Part shown: one piece after another, positions 25,713 to 38,004 of the stretch
Numbering within the stretch: position 1 is the stretch's first letter
Layout of the letters: every line of letters begins with the position of its first letter
Origin: Octopus bimaculoides
Lineage: Eukaryota
Assembly (NCBI RefSeq): GCF_001194135.2
Contig: NC_068981.1
Span: forward strand, 129,300,330-129,351,348
Length of the DNA: 51,019 nt
Direction: 5' to 3'
Program-made: the position numbers and the translations under genes
Notes under the pieces: model-generated
The model's database searches: none
The model's input: only the letters and a program-made list of their open reading frames with translations
What the model was told of the DNA's origin: nothing

Positions 25713-26125
25713 TATGCTACTGGTTGAAGTACTCGCCATTATCTTTTATCCAACTCATATATGTGTAAGAAATGGCTATTATTAATAACTTATCATAAAT
25801 CTGTGCTCTATACATTCATATCATTGTCATGTCTACCATATTATCTGGTCATGCTGAATGCAAAGACCAAATTATCATATATCCATATTATATCAGGCAG
25901 GTTTAAATTTCCATCACTATTTTCTACTATAGTTTTGGTTTGGGTTGACCCATAGCTTTATGACTCAAATTTGGTAGATGAAAACACTACAGAAACCCAT
26001 CATGCATATTTGAGTGTCTTTGACAGCATTGCCAGTTAAAAAAGTGTTGCATCAAAAAAGCTAATTGGAAATCAATAAAATAAGAAATAAGTAATGAAGT
26101 CAATTGATCAACTAAGAGCACTTAA

Positions 26126-26333
26126 TCCTTTCAATACCAACCCGCCTGAGACTGCCTAAGGTTCTATGATATAAACTTACAGTTTAATGTATCTAAATTA
26201 TTGAAATTTTATGCAAATTTGTTCCAGACTTCAGCTTAATAATGAGAAAGTTATTTTACTATATTGTCTATTCTTTCAAAAGTTAATTGAAGCAAAGGTA
26301 GTATATGCTGACAGAAATATGGTAACAAAAGGG
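26126..26333. mobile_element. TTAA-flanked piggyBac-type MITE (degenerate)
   Basis: TTAA (26122-26125) tcctttcaatacc ... ggtaacaaaaggg TTAA (26334-26337). Confidence 0.55.
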
Positions 26334-28848
26334 TTAAATATGACAGACGGGTGGAAAACAATAACCAGTATATTACCATGCTTTAATGTAGTCAGTAAGC
26401 AGATGACAATGACATTTCTGGTTATCAGACACATATATTTACTTTTTTTTTAAATATCTTGTTAATTGAAAATTCAGTAAGCTAGAAAAAGTTAAATATC
26501 ACAAACAATAATGTATATTGATAACTTCCTTAAAAGGAGTTTATTAAAAATATTGAAACTCATTCTTACAACATATACTTCTGCTGCTGAGTATTATAGA
26601 AAGCCAGATAAGTTACATGGCTGTTTAGAAAAGATGTGTCATTCATAAAAAAGTGACGAAGAAAAGATATAACATTCATATATCTCAAGCATTTATACTG
26701 TAAGTCAAATGATTGGATCTATGATTTGAAACAGTTCATGGATTTGATTCACAAAGTAATTAATGGCATTCACTTTGACACCACATAATTCCAGGTTTGA
26801 TCATGCTACACAACACTTTGGGCAAGTGGCTTCTACTATAGTCTTGGTTTGATCAATACTTTGAAAGTGAAATTTGAAAGATGAGAACCCTTCATATAAG
26901 TATATGTTCGTTTGCACCCCTCTATGTCCTGAACTCAGCAGTTCAATAAATGGATAATGATAAAATAAGTACTTGAAGGCAGTGTCCCAGCATGGCTGCA
27001 GTCTTACAACTAAAACCAGTAAGAGAATATCACCATTTTGAAGAGTAATAAATTAAGAAATAACAGAGATATTATTGATTATAGAATGTCATGTTTTACT
27101 CATTGTAAAAATATTTTCTCATCTAACTATATACAAGAAAAACCATATGCAGTGATTATACAAATGTATAGTATGAGTTTTATAGATTTTATTTTCTTAG
27201 GTGCATGAAATTATATTTATTTTTGTACTTTAAAAAAAATCAAGTGCATGTATATCATATTTTTTGCACTCAATCATGTTAGATGCATATACCATTAGAA
27301 TTGCTATGTCAAGGTGGTCTCAAATTTTTTAAAAATTTGTTTGAAACCAGGAAGAAAAGCATAAATTAAGATTGACATTAAACATGATTAAACCAAGAAA
27401 ATTGTTAGTGGATACTAACTCTACGGTACAATGCATTAACAATCAAAGCAACCTGTCATGGCTCAGTGAGTTTGATGACTTAATGACTACTATTGAATAG
27501 TTATGTTGAGAACAGAATAAAGAACTGCTGTGAAATGTGAATTGATGGCAACCAGTTTGGATGCAAGAAGTCAGAACAGGGGTGATTAGAACTCACTTGA
27601 ACTAAAATTACCAAACAAGTAATATTTGTGTGTGTTGTGAAAAAAATTCAGAAACCCAGCATAAGACATTTTGTTCTAGTATGTAATATGAATTTATCAT
27701 GTTGTACATAACAATACATCACCCTTCTCAAAACAATAATTAAACCAAAAATAGTTTAAATATTTTAATGTGATTTCTGATAATAGGAGATACAGATAAA
27801 CTTGACCCAAAGAATATATGTTCATATTAACATTAGTTTGAATTTTTAGGCAACCGTGCTAAACATGCAAGAAATAGTAGCTAAATTTCCCTCATCACAC
27901 CCCACTTTTAGAAAGGCAAGACATACTGAAGTCCTAAATATACTGTCTGAAAAGAAAAAAATAGGATGCTCACAGCCAAAACTCCTTTGATTATTAGTGT
28001 ATTCAGTCAGAGCTGACATAGGATTAGATAACAACCAGAAGTCTATCTAGTAGTAAAATAAATAAACCTTCTGGGAATTAGGATGACCAATGGATGGAAA
28101 AGCATATCAGATCTGTTAAAAGAACAAAGATATGAAGTATTTGCCTCATCTCTGACACGTCAGCAGTTTTAACTCAATATTTTCAGTTTGCAATAGACAA
28201 CAAACCAAAAGCTGTTTTTCCATTATCAATGAATCTTCAGCTAGTATTTAATCTGTATTGCATCCTACTTCTCTAACATATAGAATATAGTTAACAAAAA
28301 CAGTCTGAAGATACTAAGCTTTTGTATTTATGTATAATGTCATCCTGTATCTTCACCGATCTGATATATATAAAATAATTATGATTTAGACCTAGTAGCC
28401 ACTGAGGTAAGAGTATATATTAGGATTAATAATTGTTAACAAGGTTCAAGGTTGATATTTTGGCTCGTATTTTATGTAGAACAACCCATTTATTCTTTTG
28501 AGATGAATAAAGCAATTACTTAGACCAATTAGAAAATAGAGACTGAATGTTAGATGCAGTAATTTAGAGGTTCGTCAATGCACTTCCAATCATACTAGAA
28601 CTGTATCTTAATACTACACTACAAAAGGCTAGCATCTTATTCACAAGTTAAATTACCCTCACCAACTTAAATCTAGAGAAACAAGTATATTATCTCTTGA
28701 TCCAGATTATAAAACAAATGTTTAAATGAAGATGAAATAAATGGTTTTGATAAAAACATTGAGAACTTAAATATTTTTATCTTAGTCTTTGTGTATAAGC
28801 AGAGTGAATGGTTTCTATATTTCTGTACACTTACAAAAGGAGATAAGT

Positions 28849-31800
28849 TTATCTTTCTGATGAAATACTGGAATTGAGCTTATCAGCTGTGATAGAGTTC
28901 AGTACAGATGTGTGAGAAAATGTTGATGTTTGAGATAAAGACGAAGTTACTATTTGCTGCTGATTAGAATATTTGGAACTATTCTGATTTTGATCAGTCA
29001 GTAATATTTGAAAAAAGTCATTGTCTTGTGACTGAGATTTGATTATCTGCTTACCAACTTGAGCAGAATGATCCTGCTGAGAAAGTTGATTTGGTACTGA
29101 ATCAGGCAGTTGAAAGTTACTCTCATTACAGGGAAGTTCACTGCTGGCAGTTTTCAGTAGTTGAAGTCCTTGGTTAGGTCGATAACTAAACTTTGCAGCC
29201 AGTTCCCATTTGTGTACATTACGTGTGTGTTGATTGCGTTTGTCAGAACGTGTGAATGCACGTTGACAATATTCACACACGTATGGTTTTTCACCTGTGT
29301 GTGTACGAATATGTATGTTCAGCTTATCTGAATCTGCAAATCCTTTGTTACAGTATGCACATTTATAGGGTCGTTCACCAGTATGAGATCTCATATGAAT
29401 AGTCCGTTTGTTGGATTTTGAAAATGTACGATCACAATAATCACATTTATAGGGTTTTATACCTATATTAAAAAAAAAAAGAACAACAATTTAAATCATC
29501 AACATCACCACAAATTTCTCTTCAATAAAATATTCTAATACAAATATTTGCTGCTTTTATAAAAAGAAATACAATGGGTTAAAATATCAGCCATCCCGTG
29601 ATAAATATACAATGAAAGACTTTGATTCTTAATATGTAATTACAACACAAAAGAAAATATAATGTATAACATATATGAGAACAAAGACTGGTGGAGGTGT
29701 TTTCTGTTGCTCTGTATTATACGCATCAACAGCAAAGACTGGTAGATTTTTTTTCTGTTGCTGGTTGTGTTAGATGATGAAGGACTTCAATAGGTGGGAA
29801 AATGCTGAGAACCCTATCCAGTACATGCCAACATGGAAAAATAAAAGAAATTATGATGATGCATGTCTTCAATTGGTATTTTGATGCGTTTCAATACACT
29901 GTTAGATCAAACCATTTACCAAGTCCCAAAATGAAAAAAAGCATGCTTTTGTTAATTTATAAAGTAACTATCACAAAAGTCTTAAATAAGATATTCAAAG
30001 AAATATTTCTCAAAAAGTGCCAATCTCTAACTGTGGAGGTAATGTGTGGAAGGAGTGGACCCAGGAAGATATGGGACGAAGTCATGAAAAAAGATCTTCA
30101 GGCATTGAGCCTCACAGACAGGATGACAAGAGACCGAGACTTCTGGAAGTTTGCTATGCTTGAGAAGACACATCAAGCTAAATAAAATCTTGGTTGTCTT
30201 TGCATACAGGCGTGTCTCCTGCATCCCTCTTCAGCTGAGCAATCCTAATCTTGTGGGTTCATGAGTGCTGGTACCATGTAAAGAGCACTTGTACCATTTC
30301 CACATAAAAAGGCACCTGTACTAGTGCTGCATAAAAGCACCCGATACATTCTGTAATGTGGTTGGCATTAGGAAGTGCATCCAGCCATAGAAACCATGCC
30401 AAAACTGATATGGAGCCCAGGCAGCTCTTCAGCTGGCCAGCCCCTGTCAGACCATCTAACCCTGCCAGCATGGAAAACAGATGTTAAATGATGATAATGA
30501 TTATTTTATATGAAACATATTGCTTAGGTTATATAACATAAAATCTACACATTTTGACCTATTTTGACTTAATGAAGCATAATAGTAGTCTTGTAACTGA
30601 TTTCTACTTAGAAATATGACCAACATAATAAAGCTAATAATAATACTGCTAAGTGCTGTACATGTATTTATGTAACTGAAACTGCTCCTTTTATCACTCT
30701 CTAAAAGTGACTGATGAAATAACTAGCCTGTGAGGAAGAGGAAAGGAAAAATTATTCACAGGTAGATATTTTGTTAAACAGGAAGCTGACACATGAAGAA
30801 ATGTAGTCCCATATATACATGCTAGATCGTATGTGTGTGTGTATGAACTTCGTAATGGCTGTGTGGTTAACAAGTTCACTTCCCAACCACTTGATTCTGG
30901 ATTCAGTTCTTCTGTGCCACACCCTGGGCAAGTGTCTTCTATTACAGACTCAGGTTGATCAAAGCCTTATGAGTGGACTTGGTAGGCACATGAGTGTCTT
31001 TGTGCTCGTTTATATTTCTTCTCTAAAAATTGAAGTAGTGATGTTATTTCTCCAGTTAACAAATCATGCACTGGCTTTGTGCCTTTAAAGTCATGTGAAA
31101 TAAGAGACCCCTTACTTGAGAAACAGGTAAGGGTTAGTAACAGAAAGGGTATTTGTCTGTAAAACAATTCCTTGCTAAGATGTTCATCTAACCCATACTA
31201 GCATGGAAAAACAGACATAAAAACAAACAAAGAAGAATGTATATCTTTATTATAATAGCTAGCATGAGAGTGTCAGTGGAGAAAGAAGTGTGTACTGGAT
31301 GTTTTTTTTTTCATGCTACTAACACTAGTGAGGTCATAAAGGAATATGCAAGACAAGAAAAGGACAAGGAAGAAAAAAGTTTTCAAAAGCCCTCCTCAAT
31401 TAAATGGAGGAGGAGTGATGGTTCTATGGCAGTTGTTGAGAGGCTAAAGTGTGATGGGGGGGGGGGGGATCCCAGGTGTCTTACTATTGAAGAGATACAA
31501 AACCACCCTGCATTATACAAAGATGGGTGGGAGTAGCTGGAAAAAATATAATTGATGATTGTGATGGGACACTAGAGCATTTCATGGTACAAGAGATGTT
31601 CTAGTATCCCTAGTTTACTATTATTCTATTAACAAAAATATTTTTTCTGTTGAATTAGAATGCAGTTGTTACACACCTGTATGAACTTTGAAATGTTTAG
31701 CTAATTGACTTGCATCAGCATAAGACCTGTAACATAGTCCACACTTGTGAGGCTTGTCAGTCAGATGAAGTCCCTCATGAAGTTTGGCACTGGTGGCTGT

Positions 31801-33438
31801 TGTAAATCGTTCAGTGCAAAAATCACATTTATACAGCTTTTCATCAGTATGTGTCAACATGTGAATGGTAAGACATGTTGGTTCTGAAAATGTCAGATAA
31901 CAGAAGGAACACTTCAATGACTTTGTCCGCACTTCTTCATTGTCAATATGTTTGCTAAGCTTCAAAGATGATGGGAAGGACTTGTCACAGTAAACACATT
32001 TATAGGATTTCTTATCATTATGTTGTTCACTGTGTTCTTCTAGCATGGTGTACTGTGAAAAGCTTTCATTACATATCTCACAAGAAAATTTTTTACTCAT
32101 AGCTGAATCTACTGATACTGAAACTGGAGAAATAGGTTCCTGTTAATATGAGAAATCCAGGTTTGAATTTTAAGATTTCATTATTCAGTATATTCTTCCA
32201 CTGACATTGATGAGAATCACAAATATTCTCCTATAAAAGAATATAAACTTAACTTTAGATAAACATGTTAAACTTTCAAATCTATAGACTATTCTTAATT
32301 GGTTTCAATGATAAATACAGAACTAATACTTTTATACATATATAAGACTATTAGATCATTATATCTATTAAAACATTATTTCAAGTAATTTTCTATCCTT
32401 TGACACAACAGAATGCCCAACACTCTTTTAGACAGCATCTGCTATTCAAGAGGAGGAGGGGGAACAAAGACAGATATTAGAAAGATAAAGACATGCACTA
32501 GCTTATGAGGTATCGAATTCAATAATCTGTTTAAATAATACAGGGTTTAGCATTGCTTTTCCTCTAAAATTAAATAGTATACCAGTAAAATATCGGTGTT
32601 GAAAAAAAAAACGCAGTAAATGCTAAGAAGTAGCTTTTTTTTTAATGTCTTATTTGGCAGATTTTAGCACAGAATCAAATTGTGCAGGTACTTTAATCTT
32701 TTTTAAAATCCCGATTTATAATTAACTTACTTTTTTAAGTTATGTAAAAAAAAAACATTACCTACGACGAGCAGCAAGAATTATAAAAATATAACATTTT
32801 GCCTTTAACTTATTTCTTTAGAAAATTAAATATTTTTATCATTTGGACATATATTTGTTGCTTTTCTTCAAATGATTGATTCGATTTCATTACTTTGATG
32901 TAATTCTAATTTGTTATTTTTTTTACATTTTCATAGCTAATTTAGACATTTTTAAGTCTCGTATCTTTGTAAAAACAGCACCTGCGAATTTGATTGTGAC
33001 AAGTGTGCAATTTGCAATCAGTCGTTGTTCCCTTTAAATTGTCTCTCCTCTGGTTTAGATTCTCTACTTCGTGTTGATTTTTGTGCCTTGATGTTAGTAA
33101 ATATCTTTACTAATATCAAAAATGACCTATAAATTTGTATTCTGGTTACTAAAAAGTTTATAAAAGTCGTAAAATTGAATCATGTGCTCCCTGGTATCTA
33201 AGTTTATTCAAAAATTGCTCGAAAGTTAACTTTAAAAGTTCTTAGTTACTACCCGTATAATATTAGCGGCAGATGCAGTTGATACAAAACAAAATATGAC
33301 CTGCCCAGAAAAAAATGTGTTGGTTTGTAAGAGGAAGCGTTTGTGGCTAACTTCCCAGAAATGAATAGTAACTGGAACAATAACATCAAATGGAAATAAA
33401 ACCGCCCGGGTGGATGTTATTTGAACCTCAGACAGCAT
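28849..33438 (-). CDS. C2H2 zinc-finger protein, 404 aa, 8 fingers (finger 2 lacks its last His) with a Q/S/N-rich C-terminal tail. Exons (minus): 33438-33301, 32139-31677, 29462-28849
   Basis: Track ORFs 31669-32100 and 28849-29394 join through GT-AG sites in phase 1 at the linker (HTG|IKPYKC), with canonical TGERPY/TGEKPY linkers. The first exon has an in-frame TGA 9 nt upstream of its ATG and a phase-0 donor matching the acceptor at 32140; it is less certain than the finger exons. Confidence 0.88.
30030..30497 (+). mobile_element. RTE LINE 3' end including the ORF C-terminus and (ATG)n tail
   Basis: CGRSGPRKIWDEVMKKDLQALSLTDRMTRDRDFWKFAMLEK* is a typical RTE C-terminus, followed by a 3' UTR and atgatgataatga. 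Confidence 0.85.
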
Positions 33439-33867
33439 GTAATATCAATACAAATAAACAATGTCAAACCATTATCACTGCTGGATTGTTGAGAGAAAAC
33501 AAACAGCTGAGCGGTCATTATTGAAGTTTACTGCTGCACTCCAATGAAAACTGACACGTGCCATGCTGGTGTTGATGATGAAGTACATAATCTATATCCT
33601 ATTGCTACATGCCGCTCGTTGCTTCTATCTTCTGTTTACTTACGCAATTCATTGAAAAATTCATACAAGTTGCAACTGTTTGATATGTACGATTTTTGTT
33701 AGCAGACATCCGGTTGTTATCGGTGTAACGCTTAATAAGTCATTTGTGAAAATCTTTTCCTTAGATGCATGACTTCTTTGTATTTACCTCTAACACCAAA
33801 TTATTTCTGAAGTGGAAGAAGTGTATTAATATTAATGTTGACAAAAATCTGGAAACTTCATAAAATC

Positions 33868-33875
33868 TGACGTCA
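33868..33875. promoter_or_regulatory. Full CRE palindrome TGACGTCA about 430 bp upstream of the zinc-finger gene start
   Basis: Exact octamer within a CpG-retaining region; motif match only. Confidence 0.3.
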
Positions 33876-34060
33876 TTCATTAATGAAATATATTCGTTAA
33901 TTAGCGTGCCTTATAGAGTAGGGAAACATGAACACTACTAACATCTGCAAATACTTAACATTGTTGCCTATTAAGTAGTAAAATTTTGAATCTACTACTT
34001 GGCACGAGAACTAGTATATTTTTCAATTTTATTTAGCCCTTTCTTGGCATTATGTATACC

Positions 34061-34535
34061 ATTATTCAGTTATATTTCAACATTTCTTGCCAATAGAGAA
34101 AAAGTTAGTTTCTAACCTAGATCCAAGGCCCTTTCACTGGAATTTCAACATCAACAGGGTGTGTGTGTGTTCAGATTTCTATGTTTAGTTTTATGTATGT
34201 ATTCTCATGCATATGGTTGCATGTCCAGACATGCACATACATACTTAAATGATAAACTTCTGGAAAGTTTCACAGATTTTTACAGTTCCAGTGATGGATT
34301 GGATCTGTAGTCTTTGAATCAGCTTTCTCCTTCTTGGTTTTGAGAAACCGAATTTCTCGAGATTGGTATTTAGGCAGTGTGTTACATATTCCAGTGCCTG
34401 AATAATTACAGGTATAAACCTAAACTTGTAATCTAGATGGAGTAGCTGTAGATTCCTCAATAGTTCAGCATAGGTATTTTCTTTTTTGCTGATCTTTAGC
34501 TCTATGTTAACACATAAATTGGCCAGCTGAGTTCC
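34061..34535 (-). mobile_element. R4/Dong-type (restriction-like endonuclease) non-LTR element, 3' end (copy B)
   Basis: ELKISKKENTYAELLRNLQLLHLDYKFRFIPVIIQAL...QIQSITGTVKICETF* contains the RLE K-xxx-Y-xx-L and IPVIIGALG-like motifs, followed by a 3' UTR ending gaaatataactgaataat. Confidence 0.8.
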
Positions 34536-34599
34536 ACAACTGTACACAGTTTCTCTTCTCTGTCTCAAATTACTGTGTGTGTGGGGGATGATTTTTCTT

Positions 34600-35600
34600 T
34601 GAGTTTTATTTAAATTCTTGAGAGAGTTCAAGCCGGCTGCTAACAAATTGACGAGAGTTTTTTAGTTAAAAGAGTTCCTGGTGTTTGTAAATATGTGGTG
34701 GAGTTGATTGAACTGTCAGTGCATACCCCCAAGTGTGTGCATCAATTCATATAAGAATCTCAAATGGAGAATCTTTGGAATGTCTTACAAATCTTCACTG
34801 TGCCATTAATAAATCGGATTTGGAGAATCCTCTATCAGTTTCTTTTGCTCTTCCTCTGTGAAATTGAGTATTTTTAGGTTTTTGTGTGAATTTGTTGGTA
34901 CATTACTTAATGCATTCATAATAATAGGTACAAATGAGAATTCATAATCAAGGTACAAGAGCTATAAGTTTTGCAATAATTCACCATAAATGTTCTCTTT
35001 TTCCTGGACTTTTGATTGTACATTCAGTGCAAGACTTTTTTTCCCTGTCCCACTGAACAATATCAAGTCTGTTATGTTTGCACCGAATTGATGTTTTTAT
35101 TGGGGTGTTCCACCAGTATTCCTTGTTTTTAAAGGTGTGAATACCTGCTGGTTCTGATATGCCTTTGATGTATACATCAGAGCAGTCCTTCCTGTAGATA
35201 GCATTATAAATAGTCTTTGTAACTATATCATGCCTCAAGGGCAGGTAGTATCTCATAGACTTTTGGGAGCAGCTGCTGATGATGTGGGTAATATCTTCCA
35301 CACTGGTATAGCAGAGCCAACATTTTTTATCACAACATGGAGATTTGGTGGTATTTTTGTCCTTGTTTATCAAGTATTTAGTAGCTATTTCCTGTTCCTG
35401 AATAGCGAAGGAATATCTTTCTAGGTGGGATATAATGTATCTATTGCAGGCCCAGGAGAGATTACTCCTCTTGTCAATGCTGTTGTTGCCCTCGAGCTTA
35501 TAGGATATGTACCCATGCATTGCTTTTTGCTGGTATGATGCTTATTTCTCCTCCAAGCTTCAACAGAACTTTTCTCATGGTAGAACAATAGTTTTCTGTG
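34600..35600 (-). mobile_element. R4/Dong-type non-LTR element, 3' portion (copy A) with CCHC knuckle and RLE
   Basis: MHGY...AIQEQEIATKY...CWLCYTSVEDITHIISSC...LRHDIV...YWWNTPI...HNRLDIVQWD. A frameshifted C-terminus follows, LLQNL*LLYLDYEFSFVPIIMNAL...INGTVKICKTFQRFSI* (about 34980-34760), then its own 3' UTR. Confidence 0.85.
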
Positions 35601-35857
35601 ACAGTTTACATTTGCCAGATGCCTTAGCTAGGCCGAAATAATGTCTTCACCACTTGACCCTTCTAACCTCTTCTACTTCCCCAAAGCTAGAATTAAGATA
35701 TCACAGGCCTCCAACAAAATCCATTGTTCTCAATGATATGTCTATCCTTCTGGATAGTTATAAAAGCAAGAACCCTCAAGCAAAAGTTAGTTAGTGACAA
35801 CTTGAGTTAGAGAAAGCTACCATTAGTTAGTGAATGGACCACTAGAATCATGACCAC

Positions 35858-36210
35858 ATGCAGGCAGCCACTAAAGACAAACGGCCAAATCCTGAAGTGG
35901 AGAGCGAAAAGAATGCTTAAGATGACAAGACTGGAGATAAAAAAGACGGTAAAGATGATTCCGACAAAGTAAACAGTTCTGAACAGCTGGATGACTCTGA
36001 GTCGAATGACAAATCTGAATCTGGAGTTGAGGATTGTAATGATAACAAAGAAGAGACAAATAACAAAGAAAATGATGAGAAAGAGAACGAAGACGATGTG
36101 ATCAGCCCACGCAAAAGAGCCCAGATGACTTCATAAGGGACAATGTCAGCCCATCTAAGAAATCAAAAACAGAAACTGAAGAGAAGGAAGCTGTAGCACC
36201 AGAGTCATGA
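35858..36210 (+). pseudogene. Disrupted intronless copy of a small acidic nuclear protein gene (prothymosin/parathymosin-like)
   Basis: MQAATKDKRPNPEVESEKNA* DDKTGDKKDGKDDSDKVNSSEQLDDSESNDKSESGVEDCNDNKEETNNKENDEKENEDDVISPRKRA / (1-nt frameshift) PDDFIRDNVSPSKKSKTETEEKEAVAPES*. It has one in-frame TAA (35918-35920), one frameshift near 36121 and no introns. The family name is inferred from the bipartite KR...KK.KT ending. Confidence 0.6.
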
Positions 36211-36784
36211 TTTCTGGCAAAATCTCTTATGAACAGAGTGTACTGTTTAGCACATTTCTGGCTAATTTAGTTGGCATTTCATTAAGATGTATAAATCATC
36301 ATATCATTTGCTATCATCTTTTTTGAGTTCTCAATTAATTATAAATTGTTAAAATGTTGTTTTTTTTCTTCCTTCCATCCTTGTCCTTAATGTCTTGGCA
36401 AGATGTTTTCAATACTTGAGTATAGTAGCTAGTTGTGAAACCAATAACATTTACTATATATTTTTCCATGTAGACTGCATTATTAGTTGGCTTCTTCTAC
36501 CCTATTTTTCCTTCTCCAACCATGCCTGCCAGCCAACGAGACGGCAAATGGAAAAATGGGAGGGGGAGGGGACTTGCCAGCCAGCACTTTTTAAATTTTT
36601 AAAAATTTCCTCATAACTTTCATCGCTGATAACATAGCTTTTTGCTACTTTTCATTGTTTACAGAATACAATATCATCACTTGTTTTTCTTTTGTTTTTG
36701 TCATCCACCTATAAGTAAATACCTTGTAGGTTTTGCTAGGAATAGGGTAGTATCCTTTTGACTAATTTCAATCGCACAACACGT

Positions 36785-37412
36785 TGGGGGAGGTACTCAA
36801 TTACTTTGACCCCAGTGTTCAACTGGTACTTATTTTATTAACCCTGAAAGGATCAAAGGCAGTAGCCTTTGAACTCAGAACATAAACGTGAAAGAAATGC
36901 TGCCAAGCATCCTTTCCAGCACAGTAACATTTGTACCAGCTCACTGCCTTACTATAATACGTAAATGATAATAATTTTGGCATGGGGCCAATAACTTAGA
37001 AGGAGGGGTTAGTTGATTACATCGACCCCAGTCCCAACTGGTCCTTATTTTATCAACTACATAAGGATGGAAGGTAAAGGTCAACCACAGCAGAATTTGA
37101 ATTCAGAATGTAAAGAGCTGGAAGAAATGCAGCTAAACCGTTTGTGCAACATACAAACAATTCTGTCAGCTCAGTGCCTTAAATAATGATAACAATCCTT
37201 TTTGCTATAGCCACAAAGCCTGAAATTTTGTGGGAAGGGGTTAGTCGATTACATCAACTCCAGTGTTCAACTGCTACTTTTTTTTTTTTTTGACTCTGAA
37301 AGGACGAAAGGTAAAGTCGATCTTGGCAGCAATTGAACTCTGGAATGTAAAGATGGACAAAAGGCCACTAAGCATTTTGTCCAGCATGCTAACGATTCTG
37401 TCAGCTTGCACT
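36785..37412 (-). mobile_element. Three head-to-tail copies of SINE family D (about 36785-36950, 36965-37180, 37181-37412)
   Basis: Each unit reads ...cgaccccagtgttcaactggtacttatttt...gaaaggatgaaagg...tttgaactcagaa...cagctc..gcctt, separated by taataat-type tails. Other fragments occur at about 1860-1975, 15620-15730, 20590-20670 and 48050-48190. Confidence 0.85.
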
Positions 37413-37770
37413 TACTTCTAGGTAAGCCTGCAAAAGTACTCTTAGGTTTTTGTTTGTTGGGGGGGGGGAGTATTTATTTTTGTTGCAAACACTTACTGAT
37501 AGAAAGTTGTTACTAAGAGTAGATGTGTGGACTCTGGATCCACCATATACACTTCTAATATTTTCAACTTTGTTGATTGTAAACAAAAACAATCACATGT
37601 TTTCAGAATATCTCTCAAAGTGGCAGCAGATCTCATTGTTAGGCTGGACAAACAGTTTGTCTAACAATGAGATCTCCCCAATTTCTTAACATATGTACTG
37701 CTGAAGCAAGTACATTCTGACACCCAAGTTGCAGTCAAAGAGTGATTAAATATCTCATGACTTGACAGTG

Positions 37771-37818
37771 CATTGTAACGTTCTGTACAGTACATTGTAA
37801 CGTTCTGTACAGTACATT
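37771..37818. repeat. 22-bp tandem duplication (cattgtaacgttctgtacagta x2) about 190 bp upstream of the CCDC86 ATG
   Basis: Directly visible exact duplication. Confidence 0.9.
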
Positions 37819-38004
37819 CGGGAATGGAGATACATAAGACATATTCGGAGCGTTGTTTTCTAACAATTTTTCTGTAGGCAGAGATTTTGTGTTTTGCATT
37901 TTACTCTGATACTGAAAAAGTACGCTTTCAGAAATAATTATCTACCCTTTCCCCAGTTTTAGTTGTTTAATTCCACAAGGTAGCGCACCGTGCAATCAGC
38001 CGCT

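Noticed and set aside
29802-30185. 127-aa plus-strand ORF inside zinc-finger intron 2
   Set aside because: It is a chance fusion of an RTE tail, AT-rich intron sequence and an RTE C-terminus.
35917-36114. Ser/Leu-rich minus-strand ORF
   Set aside because: It is the antisense shadow of the acidic plus-strand frame.
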